Below, one piece after another: positions 1 to 12,200 of a stretch of DNA of 64,000 nucleotides (within the stretch, counting starts at the first letter, position 1; each line of letters starts with the position of its first letter). The notes beneath the pieces were generated by a model. The model saw only the letters and a program-made list of their open reading frames with translations. It was not told the DNA's origin and did not search any database. The position numbers were made by a program, and so were the translations under genes. The stretch is from contig NIVC01000376.1 in assembly GCA_002269645.1 (NCBI GenBank), forward strand, positions 248,001-312,000, given 5' to 3'. The stretch comes from Macrostomum lignano. Its lineage: Eukaryota.

Positions 1-633
<633 letters not shown>

Positions 634-1330
634 GATCTACAGTAGATTAAGAGAGCTGCAACTTCAAAGAGACTTTTCGCCGGACAGTAATATTATCCAA
701 ATCGCATTTTCCATTTCAATTAGTTCGAGTCTCCTAAATAATTTATCATCAGTTTCATCTTTATGTTTTGAGTCTGCCTGCCACGAGCCAATCGAAATGC
801 GAAGCAGCTGAGAATATCTGATGAGGTTCATCGCCCGTCCCAGCATCCCAGGAGTCCCAATATAGAATATGACTGTTGCGTCACACTACAGACGAGTTCA
901 AAATATTTTAACGACGGTATTTTGTCAGCTGGATTTTCGATATTACTTTGATGCGAAATTTTGGCTTTCAGTCTTATTTTAATTCCCATAGGAGCCCGCG
1001 CGGCGGGTCCTGTGAGAACTGAGAACGGTTCGTGGAATTTTGTTTAAATTTTAAATTCAATTTAGCCAGATGCTGCCAACTGGGAATCTGGATGTGACTT
1101 ATGAATTCTACAGAGAATTTAATTTGATAAAGATGAATTCTTTTTAAGATGGATTATTTCTAGGAAATCAAAATGACTGGCATATATTTATACGTCTACT
1201 AACAGTAATACTGCGTTTTTTATAACCGTTTTTTAATCCTATTTTATTAATGATCACCCGGTTTTTTAACGCTACTATTCAGGGATTTGATGCCCTATCA
1301 CTTAAATCATTTGTACTAAATCCTAATCGT

Positions 1331-1341
1331 AATCATCATCA

Positions 1342-1391
<50 letters not shown>

Positions 1392-1397
1392 CCACCA
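1331..1397. repeat. (CAT)n microsatellite
   Basis: Run of CAT units in the intron upstream of the first visible UNC5 exon. Confidence 0.9.
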
Positions 1398-1497
1398 GCA
1401 GATCATCAGTGTACTAATACTAATAACAATAAAATAGTACTAATAACATCTACAATCGCACTCACTATAGAATAATCATAATAATAATCATATCCAG

Positions 1498-4400
1498 AGC
1501 TCCTCCTGCCTCCGGAGACTGGGTTTGGCAACAACAACGGCACCACTATAAAGAATCCCAACGTGATGGAGATGTCCTATAAGCAGCTGCAGCAGCAGCA
1601 GCAGCAGTCGAGTCTGCTTCAAAGCGAGCAGGCCCTCCGAGTACACCTGCCGATCTCCCAGGCCTACCATCAGCATCCCGCCGCGCTGCATCAGTCCACC
1701 AGCCTGCAGTACCGGCCGCCGAGTTCCGGTGTGTACAGCAACAGCCAGCTGGACGAGAAATGCCCCGGCGACGAGGACGCCATCAGCAGGCCCTGCTCGG
1801 CGCTGTACAACGAGCTGTCACTGGGGAGTCACGTGACCGCCTCCTTTGTCCCGGCAGGCATCTGCCACGAGCAGCTGGCGTGGGGCAGCATCGGGCCGAG
1901 CGGGGGGCGGCTATGCCTGCCTGAGGCTGGTGAGGCTGCCATTGGGAAGAATACCCCATTGATCGCATTGGGAAGAATACCCCATTGATCCCATTGGGAA
2001 GAATACCCCATTGATCCCATTGGGAAGAATACCCATTGATCCCATTGGGAAGAATACCCCATTGATCGCATTGGGAAGAATACCCCATTGATCCCATTGG
2101 GAAGAATACCCCATTGATCCTATTGGGAAGAATACAACATTGATCCCATTGGGAAGAATACCCCATTGATCCCATTGGGAAAAATACCCCATTGATCCCA
2201 TTGGGTAGAATACCCTATTGATCCTATTGGGAAGAATACCCCATTGATCCTATTGGGAAAAATACCTCATTGATCCTATTGGGAAAATACCCCATTGATC
2301 CTATTGGGAAAAATACCCCATTGATCCCATTGGGAAGAATACCCCATTGATCCCATTGGGAAGAATACTCCATTGATCCCATTGGGAAGAATACCCCATT
2401 GATCCCATTGGGAAGAATACTCCATTGATCTCAAGAATATCCCATTGATCTCAAGAATACCCCATTGATCTCAAGAATACCCCATTGATCTCAAGAATAC
2501 CCCATTGATCTCAAGAATACCCCATTGATCCTATTGGGAAGAATACCCCATTGATCCCATTGGGAAGAATACCCACATTGATCCCATTGGGAAGAATACC
2601 CCATTGATCTCATTGGGAAGAATACTCCACTGATTCCATTGGGAAGAATACAGCACTGATCCGATTGGGATGAATACCCCATCGATCTCGTTGGGAAGAA
2701 TACAACATTGATCCCATTGGCAAGAATACCCCATTGATCCCATTGGGAAGAATACCCCATTGATCCCATTGGAAAGAATACTACAATGATCCCATTCGGA
2801 TTTACCACTGATCCCATTGGGATTTCCCATCGATTCCATTGGAAAGAATACCCTACTGATCCCATTGGGAAGGAGACTCCATTGATCTCATTGGGAAGAA
2901 TACAAAATTGATCCCATTGGGAAGAATACCCCATTGATCCCATTGGGAAGAACACCCCATTGATCCCATTAAGAAGAATACCCCATTAATTCCATTGGGA
3001 AGAATAACCCATCGATCCCATTGGGAAGAATACCCCATCGATCCCATTGGGAAGAATACCCCATCGATCCCATTGGGAAGAATATCCCCATCGATCCAAT
3101 GGGAAGAATATCCCATATTAATCCAGCAGCACCGACAAGCCAGAACGCAATGCCAAATCCCTCCAGGCATCTCCCTGACCATCCCGGCCGGAGCGCTGAC
3201 CCACTGCGCCGAGATTTTCCTGGCCGTCAGCTGCGACAGCCGCGACCGGCCGCACCTGACTGACCGGCAAACTCTGCTCAGCCCCGTCGTTGTCTGCGGC
3301 TCCGCGGCCTCCTCGACCGACTGTCCGGCGCCTGGCCGGTGCGCGATTGTGTCGATGCCGCACGCCGCCGCACTGCGCCAAGGCTTCTGGAACGTGTCGG
3401 TGCTGCACAGCAGGTGCAACAGCGGCGTCGGTGGCGGCAACGGAGATGTTATCGATGGAGGCATTGGCGGCTGGCAGGAGTACCTGAGAGTCGGCAGCGA
3501 GTCGCTGGCATCGTCGGGCTACTGCCAACTCGACGGAGCGTCCAGCCACCTCATGGCGGACCGGCTTGGCCGCTACTGCCTTGTCGGCGAATCTCTGGAA
3601 GGCGGCAGCGCAGTCAAGCGGCTCAGCCTGATCGCCTTCGTCTCGTCGGCTGGAGCGACTGTCGCTGGCGGCATCGGCGACTTCTGCCTGAGGCTTCACG
3701 TCGTGCCGGACACGCCAGATGCGGTTCAGTCGGTGCTGAGCCAGCATCAGCACCAGCATCAGCACCAGCATCAGCACCACGACTTCGCTGGCGCCAGCGT
3801 CGGCGCTGTCGGTGACTCAGCCTCCGCCTGGCGGTTGATCGACTCGCCGAAGCAGCTGACGCTGAAGGACAGCGGGGAGCCGTTCTGCTTCTGCATTGAA
3901 GAGCTGTCGCTTGGCTGGCGGAGCAAGTCGAAACGACAGGAGGTTTGTTGCTATGCTCACGCTTTAGGTATTAGTTTTGCAGGATGGGCTTGTGGCGAAA
4001 GTTGAATTTCATGGCCAGACCAAACCGGACAAGACAGACAAAGACACACGCACTCGGACATACAGGAAGAGACATATAAGGCAGACACACAGCCAGACAC
4101 AACAAGAAAAAGATAAATGCACACAGACACACAGGAAGACACATAAGGCAGACACACAGCCAGACCAGACACAGCCAGACACAGCCAGACACACAGCCAG
4201 ACACAGCCAGACACAGCCAGACACACAGCCAGACACAGCCAGACACAGCCAGACACACAGCCAGACACACAGCCAGACACACAGCCACACACAGCCAGAC
4301 ACACAGCCACACACAGCCAGACACAGCCAGACACACAGCCAGACACAGCCAGACACACAGCCAGACACACAGCCACACACAGCCAGACACACAACAAGAC

Positions 4401-6614
4401 AAAGCCAGATAAAGACACATATATTTGGACACACAGGAAGACACATACACGTATAAGGCAGAAACACTGACAGACACAGAAACACAGGCAAATTCTTAGA
4501 GTGCACAGCAGTTCTGACTATTTCTCCTCCTTCTTAAGTGTCAGAGAAGTCTAGAGGGGGTGTCAAAGATTCACAAAATTTACCTTAAAAATCTCAGCTA
4601 AAGGTGCTGCTTCACTGCCTATTCTCCAGGTGCCATTCTGCCACCTGTGGAGCGGCCGTCAGCAGGAGTTGCACTGCACATTCAGCCTGGAGCACGTGGA
4701 TCCGACGAGGCGCAGTCTGCTCTGCAGAATCGTGGCCTACCAACAGGGCGGCTACAGTGCCAGACAGACTGTCACTGTCACTGCCGGAGAGAACAGCGAC
4801 GCTGATGCGGTGAGTTGGTCAGACTGAGGCTTGAGATGCTACAGCTGCTGACAATAGGCCAAGGTGACAAGAGAAGAGACCCGAGTGAGAGGGGGAGACC
4901 AGAGTAACAACAGAAGAGGATAGAGTGCCAAGAGTGATAAGAGGGGAGACCAGAGTGACAAGAGGAGATACCAGAGTGATAAGAGGGGAGACCAGAGTGA
5001 TAAGAGGGGAGACCAGAGTGACAACAGAAGAGAATACAGTGCCAAGAGTGATAAGAGGGGATACCAGAGTGATAAGAGGGGAGACCAGAGTGATAAGAGG
5101 GGATACCAGAGTGATAAGAGGGGAGACCAGAGTGACAAGAGGGGATATCAGAATGACAAGAGTGACTAGAGAGAGACCAGAGTGACATGAGTGACAAGAG
5201 GGGATACCAGAGTGACAAGAGTGAAAAGAGGGAAGACCAGAGTGACAAGAGGGGATACCAGAATGACCAGAGTGACGAGAGGGGATACCAGAATGACCAG
5301 AGTGACAAGAGGGGATACCAGAATGACCAGAGTGACAAGAGGGGATACCAGAATGACCAGAGTGACAAGAGGGGATACCAGAATGACTAGAGACTCTAAA
5401 CCAGCTCAAAAATTGTTTTCATCTTTTCCAGGACCAGCCCAACCGCTGCAGCATCGAGTGCAATCCGTTTGCACTCGGAGGAGGCCCGCCAACTTCGTCC
5501 TCCTCGATGGACAGCCGCGGCGGCTGCATTCAGATCGACCCGACGAACACGGTGTTCAGGTGAGCTGGAGGGCTTTGCGCCGTTGGCTCACGTTTGACAA
5601 TTGGATCTGTCAGATTTGAACTGGTAATTGTGTCAGCTGCCTGTAGCTTTGAACTGGCAATTGTGTCAGCTGCCTGTAGCTTTGAACTGGTAATTGTGTC
5701 AGCTGCCTGTAGCTTTGAACTGGCAATTGTGTCAGCTACATGTAGCTTTGAACTGGTAATTGTGTCAGCTGCATGTAGCTTTGAACTGGTAATTGTGTCA
5801 GCTGCATGTAGCTTTGAACTGGCAATTGTGTCAGCTGCATGTAGCTTTGAACTGGTAATTGTGTCAGCTGCCTGTAGCTTTGAACTGGCAATTGTGTCAG
5901 CTGCATGTAGCTTTGAACTGGCAATTGTGTCAGCTACATGTAGCTTTGAACTGGTAATTGTGTCAGCTGCATGTAGCTTTGAACTGGTAATTGTGTCAGC
6001 TGCATGTAGCTTTGAACTGGCAATTTTGTCAGCTGCATGTAGCTTTGAACTGGTAATTGTGTCAGTTGCCTGTAGCTTTGAACTGGCAATTGTGTCAGCT
6101 ACATGTAGCTTTGAACTGGCAATTGTGTCAGCTACATGTAGCTTTGAACTGGTAATTGTGTCAGCTACATGTAGCTTTGAACTGGCAATTGTGTCAGCTG
6201 CCTGTAGCTTTGAACTGGTAATTGTGTCAGCTGCCTGTAGCTTTGAACTGGTAATTGTGTCAGCTGCCTGTAGCTTTGAACTGGTAATTGTGTCAGCTAG
6301 AAACGTTTCTTAATTTAAATATCCCAAATGTTCCCCCTGTAAAATCCCATCCCAGACTGCCGCCAAAGCTGCGCAAAGCGCTCTGCCATTTGTTAGACGC
6401 GCCAAACGCGCGCGGCAACGACTGGCGCGCCCTGACACGCCTGCTCGGCGTTGACCGCTACATCGGCTACTTTGCCAGCAAGCCCAGCCCCACAGCCTGC
6501 GTGCTGGACTTGTGGGAGGCCAGGAACAGGGAGGACTCGGCCGTCCGGGATCTGGCCGAGATGCTGCGCGTGATGAATCGACCGGAAGTGGCCAGCTTAT
6601 TAGAGCAGCAGTGA
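1498..6614 (+). CDS. unc-5: UNC5-family netrin receptor, cytoplasmic part (ZU5, UPA, death domain); 5' exons not found in window
   Basis: Frame-consistent GT-AG exons: 1498-1929, 3167-3942, 4630-4809, 5432-5559, 6356-6614 (TGA). Motifs: WGSIGPSGGRLCLPEAG/ISLTIPAGAL (ZU5); VPFCHLWSGRQQELHCTFSLE (UPA); LDAPNARGNDWR...SPTACVLDLWEAR (UNC5 death domain). Confidence 0.93.
1940..3118. repeat. ~22-bp intronic minisatellite (GATCCCATTGGGAAGAATACCCCATT-like)
   Basis: Fills the UNC5 intron 1930-3166; each unit carries the interrupted palindrome TCCCA-T-TGGGA. Confidence 0.95.
4140..4390. repeat. CAGCCAGACACA-type short-unit tandem repeat
   Basis: Visible 10-12-bp tandem units in an UNC5 intron. Confidence 0.9.
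4860..5390. repeat. Purine-rich ~21-30-bp minisatellite (GACCAGAGTGACAAGAGGGGA)
   Basis: Tandem units filling UNC5 intron 4810-5431. Confidence 0.9.
5615..6298. repeat. 33-bp minisatellite, about 20 copies
   Basis: Unit TTTGAACTGG(T/C)AATTGTGTCAGCTGC(C/A)TGTAGC; explains the 11-aa periodic ORF 5594-6313. Confidence 0.97.
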
Positions 6615-6619
6615 CTGAC

Positions 6620-7762
6620 ACAGGTGTGAGCACAGGGGGTGTGCTGACAGTTTATAGCCACAGGCACAGGTGTGCGGACAGTTTATAGCCACAGGCACAG
6701 GTGTGCGGACAGTTTATAGCCACAGGCACAGGTGTGAGCACAGGTGTGCTGACAGTTTATAGCCACAGGCACAGGTGTGAGCACAGGTGTGCTGACAGTT
6801 TATAGCCACAGGCACAGGTGTGCTGACAGTTTATAGCCACAGGCACAGGTGTGCTGACAGTTTATAGCCACAGGCACAGGTGTGCTGACAGTTTATAGCC
6901 ACAGGCACAGGTGTGCTGACAGTTTATAGCCACAAGCACAGGTGTGCTGACAGTTTATAGCCACAGGCACAGGTGTGAGCACAGGTGTGCTGACAATTTA
7001 TAGCCACAGGCACAGGTGTGCTGACAGTATATAGCCACAGGCACAGGTGTGCTGACAGTTTATAGCCACAGGCACAGGTATGATGACAGTTTATAGCCAC
7101 AGACACAGGTGTGATGACAGTTTATAGCCACAGACACAGGTGTGATGACAGTTTATAGCCACAGGCACAGGTGTGCTGACAGTTTATAGCCACAGGCACA
7201 GGTGTGCTGACAGTTTATAGCCACAGGCACAGGTGTGCTGACAATTTATAGCCACAGGCACAGGTGTGAGCACAGGTGTGCTGACAGTATATAGCCACAG
7301 GCACAGGTATGATGACAGTTTATAGCCACAGGCACAGGTATGATGACAGTTTATAGCCACAGACACAGGTGTGATGACAGTTTATAGCCACAGGCACAGG
7401 TGTGCTGACAGTATATAGCCACAGGCACAGGTATGATGACAGTTTATAGCCACAGGCACAGGTATGATGACAGTTTATAGCCACAGACACAGGTGTGATG
7501 ACAGTTTATAGCCACAGGCACAGGTGTGCTGACAGTATATAGCCACAGGCACAGGTATGATGACAGTTTATAGCCACAGGCACAGGTATGATGACAGTTT
7601 ATAGCCACAGACACAGGTGTGATGACAGTTTATAGCCACAGGCACAGGTGTGCTGACAGTATATAGCCACAGGCACAGGTATGATGACAGTTTATAGCCA
7701 CAGGCACAGGTATGATGACAGTTTATAGCCACAGACACAGGTGTGAGCACAGGTATGATGAT
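6620..7762. repeat. ~31-bp minisatellite immediately after the UNC5 stop
   Basis: Unit GGCACAGGTGTGCTGACAGTTTATAGCCACA in tandem. Confidence 0.96.
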
Positions 7763-9184
7763 ACTAATTTGATATTTTAAGTATTGTGAACAATGAAGAA
7801 GCTATCTAACTTTAAAACACAGTTTTTAGAGTTCTGATTTGTAGTTCTTTGTATTGAGTTTATATTTTATAGTCTTCTATTTTGTTTATTATCATCAATT
7901 CACAATATGATTTTTAATACAAACTTGTGCAAATTTTGACCTAATGCATGTAAACTAAACTTATTAAACATTATGCAGTGGGTTCCAAGTTCCAACATCT
8001 CTGTAAGCACACATGTGTACAGCCACAGACACAGGTGTCACCTATTTTTCACTGAAAACATGCAAAAACACAAGTTCTCGATGTTCTTCTGTTCCTGATT
8101 TCCAACAATAGATTTTCAATTGTGAATATCGTTTTGAAAACTATAATTTAAGTATCATGCATATACTTGTAAACAATTTCAAATCAAGTCTGTTCATTAT
8201 AAAGTCTGTAAAAATATGAATGGCTGTTTTTCTCCACATGTCTGTTGCTTTTGGACCCTTTGACTATCGGATTTAGCTGTACAAAATGTTGAAATATCTA
8301 CGAGTTATGTGCTTGTTTATCTTTTCAGTTATAATAGAATGAAAAAATTGGTTTTGTGCAAATTCGCTAATTATGCTAAAGCAATATGGTGTGTATTAAT
8401 TAACAATTATTTCACTTGTTAGCTAAACCCTCCGCCTTGCCATGCCCCCCCGCTTTCGACAAGTGATTCTAATTTGCGCGCAACCTTCAGCTGTTAATAA
8501 TAAATATTCAATACTACGAGGATCGATATAAATGTTGATGCGCGGATGCTATGTCGCAACTGCTCGTATCAAAGATTTAATTGTACTTTGGATTTTACTA
8601 ACTATAGATTAAAGTTTAAGTCTAAGGGTTAAGAACCTTTATCTAATAGAAAGAACGGAGAGTCAATTGGGGGCTTATGTAGGCCCCCTTTTTTAGAAGT
8701 CATTGTCAAAAATCTTTTCGTCGATGTCACGCAAAAGCCATTGTGACTTTTAACGACTCAAACGACTATATGAATGCGATGGGGAAGGGCTACACGAGGC
8801 TCTCAGGCGACTCTGACAACCTATACAGTGACATCTCGTCGTTTTAGAGTCGTCTAGATTCGCTTCTCTCCTATTTTACCTGTGTTGTGTCCCCAAACAC
8901 TACCATTGACTACTTTTCGTTTTCTATAAACAAACTTGACAGCTGACTGTTTTGGCGGCACATGAATGGGCTCAACTGCACGCAAATGGTTACTACGAGC
9001 GTATCTTTATGAAAAGACATATGCATGGTTATTTATTTCTCGTTCCAAACAAATTGCCAGGAAACCAACCCAGCAACGCATCTCTCTGCCTTTATCTACC
9101 AATAAATGAAACAACCATAAAGACAAGAGAAGTGGCATTTCCTGAATAAAAGACAACAACTTCCAACAAGTTACAGCAGTTGAT

Positions 9185-9190
9185 TTTATT
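9185..9190 (-). terminator. Probable polyadenylation signal of MYBBP1A
   Basis: AATAAA on the minus strand ~70 nt downstream of the stop at 9261. Confidence 0.55.
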
Positions 9191-9260
9191 GAAAGCTGTT
9201 TAAATTGACAGCGCGATAAATTAATTCACAGAGATGGAAATGCCATTAACAGTCGTTCAA

Positions 9261-12200
9261 TCATTCAGTCTCCATCAGCTGGTCCTCGGACTTAGCAGCA
9301 ACTTGACGTCGCTTTTTAGAATTTTCTTCAACAGTCGCACTAGCTTCAGTTTCCAATGCTCGTTTCTTCTTTTTGTTTCTGGAGTTGCTGGCAGTGGCAG
9401 CAAGTTCAGCCAGGCACGCCTGCAGGCCGCGCCGCAGATCCAGACTCTTTGTGCCAGACCGGATTTGTCGCAGTTGATCAGCCAGCTGAACTCTGGTTGC
9501 AGCTGTTGGAATACCCGCCTGCTGCTTCGGCTGGTGCGATAAACGGCTTTGCCGAAGCAGAGCAGCAGCCAGCTGGAGCAGCGCCGCCAGCAGGTGCGCC
9601 GAGGTCACGCCATTCGGTCCCGTCTCCGTAGACAATCTTTCAAAAGTCCACTCGAACAGTCGGGCATTGAAATCTGCCTCGTGGCTCTCAGTTTTGAGGC
9701 TGTTTTTCACCAGGCAGACAGCCAGGCTGATCACAGAGGCCAGATCGTGCGATTTCAACTGCGGGTCGAGCAGCAGGTCGAGCAGGCGAGAGCGCAGGCC
9801 AGACAGGAGGCTGGGCCGCTCAGAGCAGACCCGCTGCCACAGTGCCAGGCCGCCCAGACGAAACCGCTGCTGCTGCTGAGCAGGCGGCGACAGCTGATGC
9901 GAGAGAGCGTCAGAGAGACGCGACTCAACAGAGCCTGGCCGGATGCGGAGCAAAGCGGAGAGAGCGGCCGCTGCAGTCTGTGGAGTAAGGGAGAGTTTGA
10001 TGACGAAGTGTTGAGACTTTTGAGAGTTAGTCAAAGCTATCAGTATGGGTTCATGACACTTGACTGTAGATAGATTCACTGCATAACATAAACTTAAAAC
10101 TAAAAGTCTACACCCAAAATCAAACCAAAACCCAGATCATAACCTAAATCTAAACCATAATTTAAACCTAAGTCCAAGCCCTAACCTAAACTCAAACCTA
10201 AATCCAAGCCCTGACCTAAACTCAAACCTAAATTCAAGCCCTAACCTAAACTCAAACCTAAATCCAAGCCCTGACCTAAACTCAAACCTAAATTCAAGCC
10301 CTAACCTAAACTCAAACCTAAATCCAAGCCCTAACCTAAACTCAAACCTAAATCCAAGCCCTAACCTAAACTCAAACCTAAATCCAAGCCCTAACCTAAA
10401 CATAAAACTTAAATTGTTGTCAATCAAACGTCTGCCTGTCTGTTCTGTACACCAATGGCACCAAAAACATTTAAATTTGCCTTTTTCTCAACCAACCGCT
10501 GTTCATTTAGTACATTTTTTGTGCCCGAAAAAGGGCCGTTTTAATCATATAACGACAGATCTACCTCGGCCAGTTTAGCTGGCAGCGGACTTTTCAAATT
10601 GGCCGCCAGCGCAGTCTCGACCGCCTTGGCCAACTCGTCCTCAACAGCCGAATCAGCAGCAGCTCCCTCCCCGCTGCAGGTCTTTTGCTGCTGCTCTGAC
10701 GTGGCCGCCCGTTTCAACAGGTTCAGAGACCGCTGACGCAGCTGCTCTCGCTCGCCGGCTGGTGCAGCGGACCAGAAACCACCGCCGCCGCCGCCTCCAG
10801 CAGCCAGCAGGGCCAGCCGAGTTAAACAGGCCGCCAGCGACAGGCGGCAGCGAACACCGCCAGCCAGCAGCAGCGGCTCCGCCAAGTCCAGCAGGCGGAG
10901 CTTCGCTTGACAGCGGCGTCGGCGACGCTCGAGGACGGCGGCGCGATCGCCGCGTCGACGACCGGGGCCGAGCTGGCTGCGAAAGGCCAGGGACAGCACC
11001 TGGGAATGTGGGGGGGGGTGTTTGAGCTTCAATAAGTAAGGAGCTTAAGCATCGCCCAGCAACTGAGGATCTGGGAGGCTGGCCTAGCAACTGAGGATCT
11101 GGGAGGCTGGCCTAGCAACTGAGGATCTGGGAGGCTGGCCTAGCAACTGAGGATCTGGGAGGCTGGCCCAGCAACTGAAGATCTGGGAGACTGGCCCAGC
11201 AACTGAAGATCTGGGAGGCTGGCCCAGCAACTGAGGATCTGGGAGGCTGGCCCAACAACTGAGGATCTGGGAGGCTGGCCTAGCAACTGAGGATCTGGGA
11301 GGCTGGCCCAGCAACTGAAGATCTGGGAGACTGGCCCAGCAACTGAAGATCTGGGAGGCTGGCCCAGCAACTGAGATCTGGGAGGCTGGCCCAGCAACTG
11401 GGGATCTGGGAGGCTGGTGACCCAGCAACTGAAGATCTTGGAAGCTGGCCCAGCAACTGAGGATCTGGGAGGCTGGCCCAGCAACTGGGGATCTGGGAAG
11501 CTGGCCCAGCAACTGGGGATCTGGGAAGCTGGCCCAGCAACTGGAGATCTGGGAGGCTGGCCCAGCAACTGGGGATCTGGGAAGCTGGCCCAGCAACTGA
11601 GGATCTGGGAGGCTGGCCCAGCAACTGAGGATCTAAGAGGCTGGCCCAGCAACTGGGGATCTGGGATGCTAGCCCAGCAACTGAGGATCTGGGAGGCTGG
11701 CCTAGCAACTGAGGATCTGGGAGGCTGGCCTAGCAACTGAGGATCTGGGAGGCTGGCCCAGCAACTGAAGATCTGGGAGACTGGCCCAGCAACTGAAGAT
11801 CTGGGAGGCTGGCCCAGCAACTGAGATCTGGGAGGCTGGCCCAGCAACTGGGGATCTGGGAGGCTGGTGACCCAGCAACTGAAGATCTTGGAAGCTGGCC
11901 CAGCAACTGGGGATCTGGGAAGCTGGCCCAGCAACTGAGGATCTTGGAAGCTGGCCCAGCAACTGAGGATCTTGGAAACTGGCCCAGCAACTGGAGATCT
12001 GGGAGGCTGGCCCAGCAACTGAGGATCTGGGATGCTAGCCCAGCAACTGGGGATCTGGGAAGCTGGCCCAGCAACTGAGGATCTGGGAGGCTGGCCCAGC
12101 AACTGAGGATCTAAGAGGCTGGCCCAGCAACTGGGGATCTGGGATGCTAGCCCAGCAACTGAGGATCTGGGAGGCTGGCCCAGCAACTGAAGATCTGGGA

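Noticed and set aside
818-880. CTGATGA as a hammerhead ribozyme core
   Set aside because: No stem II followed by GAAA in the required position.
1940-3118. Palindromic repeat array as a CRISPR
   Set aside because: Head-to-tail units without unique spacers, in a eukaryotic intron, with no cas genes.
1783-6313. Long ORFs in UNC5 introns (MGSMGYSSQW, SGCVWLC, VTRGDTR and FELVIVSAACS repeats)
   Set aside because: Translations of stop-free minisatellites lying between frame-consistent exons.
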